Of a stretch of DNA of 64,000 nt, positions 31,477 to 39,802 are shown piece by piece; positions within the stretch are counted from its first letter, which is position 1; every line of letters starts with the position of its first letter. Location of the stretch: the NCBI GenBank assembly GCA_016839555.1, contig JAEOUA010000003.1, forward strand, positions 288,001 to 352,000, in the 5' to 3' direction. Source of the DNA: Promethearchaeota archaeon. Lineage in GTDB: Archaea; Asgardarchaeota; Lokiarchaeia; Sigyniarchaeales; SOKP01. Both the position numbers and the translations under genes were made by a program. The notes under the pieces were generated by a model. It did no database searches and was not told the DNA's origin. It saw nothing but the letters and a program-made list of their open reading frames with translations.

Positions 31477-33003
31477 TTATTTATTAAAAATATCATCAAA
31501 AGTTTTAAAATATTTCTGCTGGTTAATTAAATTATAGAGTTTATAAGAAAAATCATATATCTTATTATAAAATTTATTCTGATTTTCATCTGGGAAATAT
31601 TTCTTTTCGACTTTACATATATTCTCCGCAGCCTCTGAAATATCTGGAAACAATCCAGCGCCAGATGCAGCCAAAATAGCCGCTCCTAAAGAAGTCGCCT
31701 CTTCAATCACATTCCTTACACACACAATATTTAACACATCCGCGATTATTTGGTTCCATAAATCTGAGCGAGCGCCTCCTCCTGTTAACTTCAATTGTAA
31801 GGGCTCTATTCCAATACTTTTAAACACTTCAATATTTTTCTTTATTTCAAACGCAACTCCCTCAAGAATCGATCTATAAAGATCTTTTCGTTCATGACCT
31901 AATGATAATCCAAATAAAATTCCTTTTGAATAGGGATTCCAATGAGGTGCTCCAGCGCCGACAAGGTGTGGAATCATCAATAAACCATTTGCTCCTGAAG
32001 AAGATTCATTTGCTAACGCAGTCATATAATCATAGGGATCAGCACCTTCTTCTTCTGCTTGTTGGCATTCAACTTGTCCTACTTGGTCTCTAAACCATCG
32101 AAGCACAGCGCCTGTGGTGAATACGCTTGCTTCTTGAACCCATGCACCAGGGATTGCATGGCAACTACATAATACCCGCTTTTCTGGATCTAATTTGGGT
32201 TCTTTTAAATATGCTAATATAAAACTTCCTGTACCCGTGGTACATTTGATATCACCTGCTTTACTCACACCTACCCCTAACGCTGCAGATTGCTGATCTC
32301 CTGCGCCCGTAATCACTAAAGTTTTTTTATCAAAAGAAGTTTCATCAGTAACAATTTCTCCAATATCTACGCCACTTTCGACAGGTTCTGGCATCTTATC
32401 GAGATCAATTTCTAATTTGGACGCAATATCTTCAGAATATCTTAGATTATTAATATCAAACAACATAGTTCTACTTAGATTACTAAAATCACTATAAAAT
32501 TTCCCTGTAAGTTTATTAATAATAAAATCAGACACTAAGAGAAATTTATGAGTTTTGTTATATATTTCTGGTTTATTATCTTTAAACCACAAGATTTTTG
32601 TGGCAGAAAAATAGGGATCAATGGTAAGCCCTGTAGTTTTATATATCTTATCAATTCCAACTTTTTGTTTAATAAATTCTACTTGATCTGTGGTTCTTCT
32701 ATCTTGCCATACTAATGCATTATGTAGTGGATTACCTTCTTTATCAACAGGAACTATTGTCTCACGCTGATTAGTTATTGATAGACTTACGATTTCAGTA
32801 CTATCAATCCCACTTTTTTTTAAAGCAGAATCAATAGTTTCTTTAATGGATTTCCACCATATATCTGCGTTCTGCTCCACGTAGGATGGTTTTGGATAAT
32901 GGCTAGCCCATTCACGATAATCCCAAGCTAAAATAGTCCCCGAAATATCAAAAATATATGTGCGACACCCAGTAGTACCTAAATCTAAAGCAGCAACAAA
33001 CAT
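31477..33003 (-). CDS. FGGY-family kinase (xylulokinase/glycerol kinase-like)
   Basis: LDLGTTG, TNQRET, WQDRRT, GDQQ, TGTG and GGGARS motifs. Confidence 0.92.
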   Translation of the reverse strand: MFVAALDLGTTGCRTYIFDISGTILAWDYREWASHYPKPSYVEQNADIWWKSIKETIDSALKKSGIDSTEIVSLSITNQRETIVPVDKEGNPLHNALVWQDRRTTDQVEFIKQKVGIDKIYKTTGLTIDPYFSATKILWFKDNKPEIYNKTHKFLLVSDFIINKLTGKFYSDFSNLSRTMLFDINNLRYSEDIASKLEIDLDKMPEPVESGVDIGEIVTDETSFDKKTLVITGAGDQQSAALGVGVSKAGDIKCTTGTGSFILAYLKEPKLDPEKRVLCSCHAIPGAWVQEASVFTTGAVLRWFRDQVGQVECQQAEEEGADPYDYMTALANESSSGANGLLMIPHLVGAGAPHWNPYSKGILFGLSLGHERKDLYRSILEGVAFEIKKNIEVFKSIGIEPLQLKLTGGGARSDLWNQIIADVLNIVCVRNVIEEATSLGAAILAASGAGLFPDISEAAENICKVEKKYFPDENQNKFYNKIYDFSYKLYNLINQQKYFKTFDDIFNK

Positions 33004-33200
33004 TTAATTTAATTCCCTCTTGTTAGATGAATATAATATATTTAATAAATATTAAAAATAATTAAATTTCATTATTAATCAGATTATTATAATTTTACTT
33101 TTTTTTCGAGATAAAAATAAAATATAATCTAATTTTTAAAGACTACTACAGAATATTTTTATTGTCGAAATTTAATTATATAGGTATAAGTAAATATTTT

Positions 33201-33218
33201 TTTAGGTTAAAACCTAAA
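33201..33218. promoter_or_regulatory. Perfect inverted repeat TTTAGGTT-AA-AACCTAAA, a candidate operator
   Basis: 8+2+8 palindrome about 30 nt upstream of the roadblock operon, in a divergent intergenic region. Confidence 0.4.
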
Positions 33219-33248
33219 TATAAATTATTTAACAAGGAATAGAAGAGC

Positions 33249-33668
33249 TTGATTGTTTTGTCAAATAAAGATACACTATCAAAATTAAAAGCAATTATTC
33301 AAGATTTTACAGATTCTCAAAGCGATGTCCAAGGTCAAATAGTAATAACCTATCCAGGAGGAGTCCCCATAGTTAATACTTGGAAGGGAGGAAAAATTGA
33401 TCCCATTTTAGTTGGAGCTATTTCTGCTGCGGTTAAGCTCACCTTTCGATATCTCTGTGAGCAATTGCGGAAAGGAATATTAAAAAAATTATTTATAAAT
33501 AGCGATTATGGACGAGTAATCATCCAGGATGCTGGTCCGAAAGCAATTTTAACTTCAATAATTGATAAAGAAGCAGATCTATTTAGAATTGCATTTGGTA
33601 TGACCAATCTTGCTATTGAACTCGAGAAATTATTAGAAGATTTCACATTGGAGGTGTCTGATATATAA
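33249..33668 (+). CDS. Roadblock/LC7 domain protein
   Basis: GxPIV...LVGAISAA, I...GRVIIQDAGPKAIL; roadblock secondary-structure pattern. Confidence 0.8.
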   Translation: MIVLSNKDTLSKLKAIIQDFTDSQSDVQGQIVITYPGGVPIVNTWKGGKIDPILVGAISAAVKLTFRYLCEQLRKGILKKLFINSDYGRVIIQDAGPKAILTSIIDKEADLFRIAFGMTNLAIELEKLLEDFTLEVSDI

Positions 33669-33670
33669 AG

Positions 33671-34663
33671 ATGAGTGAGATCATTCAAGAGTATAATTTA
33701 CTCGGGTATTTACAAGAAATAGAAAAAGTTACAGATTTAAATGGATGTTTTTTCATTAATGCGAAGGATGATATTGTAATTGAATCAACGATACCATTTA
33801 GAGTTCCAGATGAAATTCTATGGGAAATAGGGGTTTTACGCGACACTTTTAGGCAATTTTCTAATGGTATAAACCACGGGAAACTTAATGAACTTATGAT
33901 TGAAGGGAGTAAGGGTTATATTTTATTATATGATATTCCTCCTCATTTATTATTGCTTGCTCTAGGATCAGATGATATGAATTTATCATATGTAAGACTC
34001 GCGATGATTGATATTTTAAAAAGGATTAGAGAAGAGATCGCAAAAATCGGAGATAACATTTTAAAAATTCCCGGAAAAGACTTAGGAGCATTAGGAGTAA
34101 AAGAGGGGATTGTACCTACTCTTGTAACTATCACTGAACCTGTAGAAACTCAACCACAACCTCCTAGTATTAAGGTGCCCCCTAAGATTGAAGCTGTTGA
34201 AAAAGAGCCTGTAATATCTCAAGCCGAGATGGAACCAATAGAGCCAGAACAACCTATAGCAGAAAAAGTTGAAATAGGAATTATAAAAGCTGAATTAGTT
34301 GAATCAATTGAGGAACCTTCTTTTGAAGAAAAATTACCCACATTCGAAATAGTTGAAGAAAGCCTAGAAGCTATGATAAAATCATTAGAAATTAAGGAAT
34401 TGAAAGAGAGATACCAAACACTTGGATCAATATTTAATGGATTGAAAGCTCAACTTGAAGAAATTACTGGAAATGAATTAAGTAAATTACTTGAACAATT
34501 AAAAGATGCGATTTTATTAAATATAGGTACTTCTCTTGCCCTTTTTGATATTTCAAAAGCCGAAAAAGAGTTAAATAAATTAAATAGAAAATTGGGTATT
34601 GCAGAAATACAACAATATAAAAATAGAATAGATAATTGGTCAAGTAGAATTATAAAAATATGA
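33671..34663 (+). CDS. Protein with an N-terminal roadblock-like domain, a Pro/Glu-rich linker and a C-terminal helical domain
   Basis: LNELMIEGSKGYILLY...LLLLALG roadblock-like segment; P/E-rich linker. Confidence 0.7.
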   Translation: MSEIIQEYNLLGYLQEIEKVTDLNGCFFINAKDDIVIESTIPFRVPDEILWEIGVLRDTFRQFSNGINHGKLNELMIEGSKGYILLYDIPPHLLLLALGSDDMNLSYVRLAMIDILKRIREEIAKIGDNILKIPGKDLGALGVKEGIVPTLVTITEPVETQPQPPSIKVPPKIEAVEKEPVISQAEMEPIEPEQPIAEKVEIGIIKAELVESIEEPSFEEKLPTFEIVEESLEAMIKSLEIKELKERYQTLGSIFNGLKAQLEEITGNELSKLLEQLKDAILLNIGTSLALFDISKAEKELNKLNRKLGIAEIQQYKNRIDNWSSRIIKI

Positions 34664-34683
34664 AGAGGTGAAAAATAGAAAAT

Positions 34684-35181
34684 ATGAGTTTGATGATATA
34701 TACAATTGATGGGAAGGATATTGTACCTGTTAATGATATTAAATTAAAAGAAGATAAAATCTATATAATAATTGATATACATGCGAAACGTCCGAAAATA
34801 TGGATTTGGAGTGGGGCAAACTCGAGTATGATAGATAAATATCATGCAGGCGTGAGTGCAACCAAAATTAAATCCAGAAAAAAATTATATGGAGCAAGTA
34901 TTGAAGTAGTGGAAAGTGGAGCAGAACCAGAACAATTTCCCAATTTGTCTGAGGCACAACTAATAGAAGCGACTGAAGAAGAATTTGAAGAAAAATTACG
35001 TATATTTGAACCAAAAATAGAAGAAATATCAGCTTCTCAAGAAATGCCTGCAATTAAATCAGAAATGATGGCTCAAACAGATAGAGAGAGCAAGAATAAA
35101 TTGAAAAAATTTTTGAGTGAAATTTCAAGAGATCTAAATAATATTAAACAAAAAATAGATGATTTTATCCAAAATATATAA
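34684..35181 (+). CDS. Single-domain gelsolin-like protein with a C-terminal coiled coil
   Basis: IYIIID...IWIWSGANS...KYHA...IEVVESGAEPEQF gelsolin signature. Confidence 0.75.
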   Translation: MSLMIYTIDGKDIVPVNDIKLKEDKIYIIIDIHAKRPKIWIWSGANSSMIDKYHAGVSATKIKSRKKLYGASIEVVESGAEPEQFPNLSEAQLIEATEEEFEEKLRIFEPKIEEISASQEMPAIKSEMMAQTDRESKNKLKKFLSEISRDLNNIKQKIDDFIQNI

Positions 35182-35217
35182 AATATTAAATAATAAAAAA
35201 TCTAAAAGGTAAATAAA

Positions 35218-36537
35218 ATGATTGATGCAGGAGTAGCTTTAACAACCGAATTTGATGGTTATAAAGCAGGTAGGATTGTTATTAAGGAAGCATTAGGAGG
35301 TATTAGTCTAAAACCAAAATTAGCGATCCTAGCTGTGGACTCTTTATCACGTGTACAATATAATTATAATGAAGTATTAAAAGGTGTAAGGGAAGAGCTT
35401 GGTTCAGATGTAACTTTAATTGGTAGTACTGCTAATGGTATTTTAGTAAACAATAGATATGCATTTAGAAGTGTTGGGTTAATGTTAATAGGTGGTGATA
35501 TAAATATTGATATTTCTTTTAATTACCCTGAATCTAAATTGGATTATGAGAATATCGCAAAATCGATATATCAAAGAAGCAGTGGATTACTCCCAAAAGA
35601 AAATCGATTCATGTTGATGTTTCAAGATGGATATAAATTTCCACCTGAGGTATTTAAGAAGCAAGAAATGTTAAATATGAGAATTATATCGTTAATGTCT
35701 GGATTAGTATCTCGATTCTTTAAAAAGCAACTAGATGATTTTAAAGAAGATGGAATGGGGTTGACAAGTGCTCAAGAATTGTTAGAAAGCTTATATAATA
35801 AAGGTTTTGATTTACCGATAGTGGGAAATGTTGCTACTGATGTTCGAAACTATGAATCTGTTGAATTTTATAACGATCAAATTGGAGATGACAATATTGT
35901 TGGGGTTATTTTATCTGGAGAAGGAGCGACAAAATTTGGATTTGGATTTGGTGCAGGAGCAGAATCTACAGGAAAAACCTTAAAGCCAACTAAAAAAATT
36001 GGTGGCTTTTTCCTAAAAATTGATGGAAAACCGGCATTAGAAGGATTTTGTAATGCAGCAAGTATAAAATTAGAATCATTAGAGCAATTAAGACCATACG
36101 GGTACCAAAATCCTTATGTTTCTTTAGGATTTAGAGAGAAAAGTAATGGAGAGGAGATTATTCATCTTTCAGGGCTTCTTACAAACCCTAATTTATCAAA
36201 TCTGGTAACCACTAGTTTCCCATTTAATTATAAAATACCCGAAGAAATTGAGATTTTTAGGAGCAATATTAAAGTACTTAAAAGAACTACGGAAAGTGCG
36301 ATAAATCAAGCTATAGAAAATATCTCTAAACCCAAATTTCTGCTTGGATTTGATTGTTTTAATAGGGCCATGTCTTATGGAGATATGATGCCTGAAATAA
36401 TTGAAAAAATCGATGATACTGTTGGTAAAGATCTCCCTCGAATGATTTTTGGTGCAGGTGGTGAAATATTTGGTAAGAAAGATTTAGGATACTATAATAA
36501 TAATATGACATTTGTTACTTTAGCGGGTGGAGAATAA
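35218..36537 (+). CDS. FIST (FIST_N/FIST_C) sensory domain protein
   Basis: LIGSTANG, PIVGNVA, IDGKPA, FDCFNR, GGEI and NNMTFV motifs. Confidence 0.85.
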   Translation: MIDAGVALTTEFDGYKAGRIVIKEALGGISLKPKLAILAVDSLSRVQYNYNEVLKGVREELGSDVTLIGSTANGILVNNRYAFRSVGLMLIGGDINIDISFNYPESKLDYENIAKSIYQRSSGLLPKENRFMLMFQDGYKFPPEVFKKQEMLNMRIISLMSGLVSRFFKKQLDDFKEDGMGLTSAQELLESLYNKGFDLPIVGNVATDVRNYESVEFYNDQIGDDNIVGVILSGEGATKFGFGFGAGAESTGKTLKPTKKIGGFFLKIDGKPALEGFCNAASIKLESLEQLRPYGYQNPYVSLGFREKSNGEEIIHLSGLLTNPNLSNLVTTSFPFNYKIPEEIEIFRSNIKVLKRTTESAINQAIENISKPKFLLGFDCFNRAMSYGDMMPEIIEKIDDTVGKDLPRMIFGAGGEIFGKKDLGYYNNNMTFVTLAGGE

Positions 36538-36761
36538 CTAATCTCTTTCCCATCAAAAAGAATTTTTTTTATTCTTATTTTAAATTTCTTTTTTATTTTT
36601 ATAATATTAGTTTAATTTTAAAAAATTTATATTTTAACCTTCGAAGTCACTAATTTATTTAAAATAATTAATATCTATTAATTATTTTTAAATTTATCTA
36701 TTTCATATCATTTAAATATCCTTATTATCTTTTCTTTATACAAAATTAAGGGTATGATTAA

Positions 36762-37937
36762 ATGAAAATTGATGATATTTTAGAAAAAGGACTACAAGAT
36801 TTCAAAAAGGAAGATCAAACTGGCGTAAAAAATGATTTATTTAAGGCAATCAAGGAATCCCTAATGCATCAGTTTAAAGGATGTGATTTATACAGGCAAA
36901 TATGTAAACAGCAGAATTTCAATCCTAATACAGATTTAAAAAGTTTAGATGATTTAGCTATGATACCCTACATAACGACAGCTAATTTTAAGCAAAAGAA
37001 AGGATCTCCCAAGAAGTTCTTAACTGTACCTGAAAGTGAAATTCAAATCTGGTCGAGATCAACAGGCACATCAGGAGATCCATCTATTGTAGGGAGAGAT
37101 CATACAAATATAGTAAGATATGTTAATATGTTTAGTAATGTAATAGAAGATGTTGGATTAGACAATTACTATTGGAGTCTTATGTTTATTCCTGAACCCC
37201 AAAAAGAATATAGCATTGATGATAAAATTAAAGACCCAACGATCATGTTCTCGCTAATGATGCATTTTGTGAATACATCTGAAGAGAAGGTGTTTTGCTT
37301 GAAGATGCCCAGCCCAGAAGAAATGAAACAAGGGAAAAAAATTGAATTTGATGCACAAAAAACATTCGGTTTCTTAAATTCAAATCCATCACAAAAAGGA
37401 ATAGGGTGGATAACTGGTTCGGTACCTTTAATGTATAAGATTCTATCTGGGTATCACCAACAAACAGGGCAGACTTTTAATGTAGGTAAAAAATCAGTTA
37501 TTTTAACAGGAGGAGGATGGAAAACATTTCAGGGAGATGCAATTTCTCCTGAAGAATTCAGAAGAGATATGGCTAAAATCCTTGGGATCTCTGAAAAGAA
37601 TGTGAGAGATATCTATAGTTTTTCCGAATCAGATGTTATTTTTGTAGAATGTGAAGAACATAATAAACATACTTATCCTTGGCAAGATATAATTGTTAGG
37701 GATGTGGAAACCTTAGAACCTGTAGAAATAGGAGAAAAAGGCTTAGCAAATCTAATAAATCCTCTTGCCCATAGTTATGCCGGCGTATCAATCCTCCAAG
37801 ATGATATCATACGAATTGTAAGTGAAGATGACTGTCCATGTGGAAGAAAGGGTAAGATTATTGAAGTTATTGGTAGAGCAGAAGGCGCGGAAGCAAAAGG
37901 TTGTGGAGTACAATTAGCAGATGAAACTGCAACATAA
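36762..37937 (+). CDS. LuxE-like acyl-protein synthetase (LuxE/PaaK family)
   Basis: STGTSG, TGGGWK, DIYSFSE, SILQDD and C-terminal GRAEGAEAKGC with the acyl-accepting Cys. Confidence 0.88.
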   Translation: MKIDDILEKGLQDFKKEDQTGVKNDLFKAIKESLMHQFKGCDLYRQICKQQNFNPNTDLKSLDDLAMIPYITTANFKQKKGSPKKFLTVPESEIQIWSRSTGTSGDPSIVGRDHTNIVRYVNMFSNVIEDVGLDNYYWSLMFIPEPQKEYSIDDKIKDPTIMFSLMMHFVNTSEEKVFCLKMPSPEEMKQGKKIEFDAQKTFGFLNSNPSQKGIGWITGSVPLMYKILSGYHQQTGQTFNVGKKSVILTGGGWKTFQGDAISPEEFRRDMAKILGISEKNVRDIYSFSESDVIFVECEEHNKHTYPWQDIIVRDVETLEPVEIGEKGLANLINPLAHSYAGVSILQDDIIRIVSEDDCPCGRKGKIIEVIGRAEGAEAKGCGVQLADETAT

Positions 37938-37952
37938 TTTTTTTTTTTTTTT
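37938..37952 (+). terminator. Poly-T tract directly after the luxE-like stop (archaeal oligo-U terminator candidate)
   Basis: About 15 consecutive T immediately after TAA. Confidence 0.45.
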
Positions 37953-38057
37953 AATTAAAGAGAATTTTCTATACATTGTTGAAACTAAAATCTTTTTTTC
38001 ATTTTATTTTATATTTATTAAAGGATATTATTAATATTATTATAAAGTGAATTAAGA

Positions 38058-39770
38058 TTGAAGAGAAAATTAAAAATACCGGGATTTATTTTTAAGCCGG
38101 TCTATTCTGAAAATACTACAAAAGAAATAGTAAAACGACAAGATGATGTATTAGAATTCGATTTTCCTATATTCGATAAAAAGACTGTATTAGATACTGC
38201 AGAAAAACTAGCTTTAAGAAAAAGAAGAGCTCATGATAGGGATTTGAATGAATTATTTGAAATAATGGATCAAGTAGGTGACTTATGGCTTGATCCTAAT
38301 TATGACCTTAGAAAAGAGGTCTTAGAAGTCATTCCTATGATGACGGGACAATCAAGAGAATTATGTGAAATCGAATTTTTAGGGACAATTAGACTTTGGA
38401 ATAAGAAGAACTCGGAATTACAATTAAAAGGCGAAATAGGAGGAAAAGAATACTTAGAAGATTGGGTTCAGAGAGGAACTGCAAGAATGCATGCACAACC
38501 TAGAGGAGTTGTCCTTCATAATTTGGCGGGAAATTCATTCGGTTTGGGTCCTACCTCTCTATCATATGGTTTAATAACTAAAAATGTAAATCTAATAAAA
38601 CTTTCCCATCAAGAACCCTATGTATCTGTTAAATTATGTGAATCTATTGTAGAAGTAGATAAGAAATTATCAAAAGAAATAGCTGCATTTTATTGGAAAG
38701 GAAGTAGAGGAGATATTTATGACGATCTATTTAATTCCGGTAATATTAATTGCGTTCTCGCATGGGGTGCCATCCAATCAATCGAAGATATTAGAAGGAG
38801 AGCGAATCGTTATGGTATAAAAATAATAGATAATGGTCCTAAACTTTCCTTCAGTGTTCTTTCAGAAGATACTTTTAACAATAAAAATATTATGCAAGAA
38901 ATAGCTCAAAAAATAGCAATCGATGTAGTATACTGGAATCAGAGAGCGTGTTTAAGCCCCAGAGTTATTTATATTATAGATAAGCCTCATAAATCAGCAA
39001 TTTCGAATAATATAAATAATAATTTATCAAAAGACAATAATAATGAATTATTGAATGATTCATCAATAAACACCTTATTTGCAGATTCTATTAATACAAT
39101 TTTTCATACTAATGAATCTGGACGTTATGATATGAGTATTCTCATGAAACGTTCCTTAAAAATGCTCAGATATAGTTTTTCTGAATTATCTGCCATGGGA
39201 TTTGCAAAAATGTTAGCAAATGGGCTAAGAAATGCTGACCAGATGCTTCCGCGTGCAAATTTGACCCAAACAGATAATTTAGAAATGCAAAGAAAACGAG
39301 AATATTTCTTTATAAATTACGTTACTCAAAAAAGAGCAATAATTTTATATCCTCCTAAAAATAAATTAGATTGGACTGTTGTATTCATGCGGACCTTACC
39401 TAATCTGAAGGAAATAAATATGTGCCAAGATAGATTTGTGATTTGTTGTAGAATCTCAAGTATTCAAGATTTAATCTATTCAATAAGAAAACAAGAGTTA
39501 CAACAATATTTACAAACTGTTGCTATATATGGTAATGATAATTTTGTAAAGGATGTTGCCGAAGAACTGTCAATTTTAGGCGCATTTAGATTTCCAAGGG
39601 CAGGAGAGCATAATTTGAATGACTTCGGTCTTCCATGGGATGGTAAATATGTTTTGCAAGATATGATAAGATGGTGTTATATTTGTTTTCCTGAAGAGCA
39701 ACCCATGGGAAATAATAATAAACAGAGCTCACTTTTTAAAGGAAAAACCTATCCTGAAAGAAATCAATAA
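38058..39770 (+). CDS. LuxC-like acyl-CoA/acyl-protein reductase with an internal insertion
   Basis: PRGVVLHNLAGN, KN.NLIK, AWG, GPKLSF, QRACLSP (catalytic Cys), YLQTVA and PWDG motifs. Confidence 0.88.
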   Translation: MKRKLKIPGFIFKPVYSENTTKEIVKRQDDVLEFDFPIFDKKTVLDTAEKLALRKRRAHDRDLNELFEIMDQVGDLWLDPNYDLRKEVLEVIPMMTGQSRELCEIEFLGTIRLWNKKNSELQLKGEIGGKEYLEDWVQRGTARMHAQPRGVVLHNLAGNSFGLGPTSLSYGLITKNVNLIKLSHQEPYVSVKLCESIVEVDKKLSKEIAAFYWKGSRGDIYDDLFNSGNINCVLAWGAIQSIEDIRRRANRYGIKIIDNGPKLSFSVLSEDTFNNKNIMQEIAQKIAIDVVYWNQRACLSPRVIYIIDKPHKSAISNNINNNLSKDNNNELLNDSSINTLFADSINTIFHTNESGRYDMSILMKRSLKMLRYSFSELSAMGFAKMLANGLRNADQMLPRANLTQTDNLEMQRKREYFFINYVTQKRAIILYPPKNKLDWTVVFMRTLPNLKEINMCQDRFVICCRISSIQDLIYSIRKQELQQYLQTVAIYGNDNFVKDVAEELSILGAFRFPRAGEHNLNDFGLPWDGKYVLQDMIRWCYICFPEEQPMGNNNKQSSLFKGKTYPERNQ

Positions 39771-39802
39771 TATAATTTATTCTTATAAATGAATTCAGAC
39801 CA

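Noticed and set aside
34661-34680. TGA readthrough (selenocysteine) joining the roadblock and gelsolin genes
   Set aside because: An in-frame TAG follows within a few codons and the next gene is in another frame with its own GAGGTGA SD
38976-39200. Intein in LuxC
   Set aside because: No N-terminal C/S block or C-terminal HN + C/S/T motif; too short and low in complexity
36762-39770. Bioluminescence (lux) operon
   Set aside because: No luxA, luxB, luxD or luxG; LuxCE homologues occur in many non-luminous organisms
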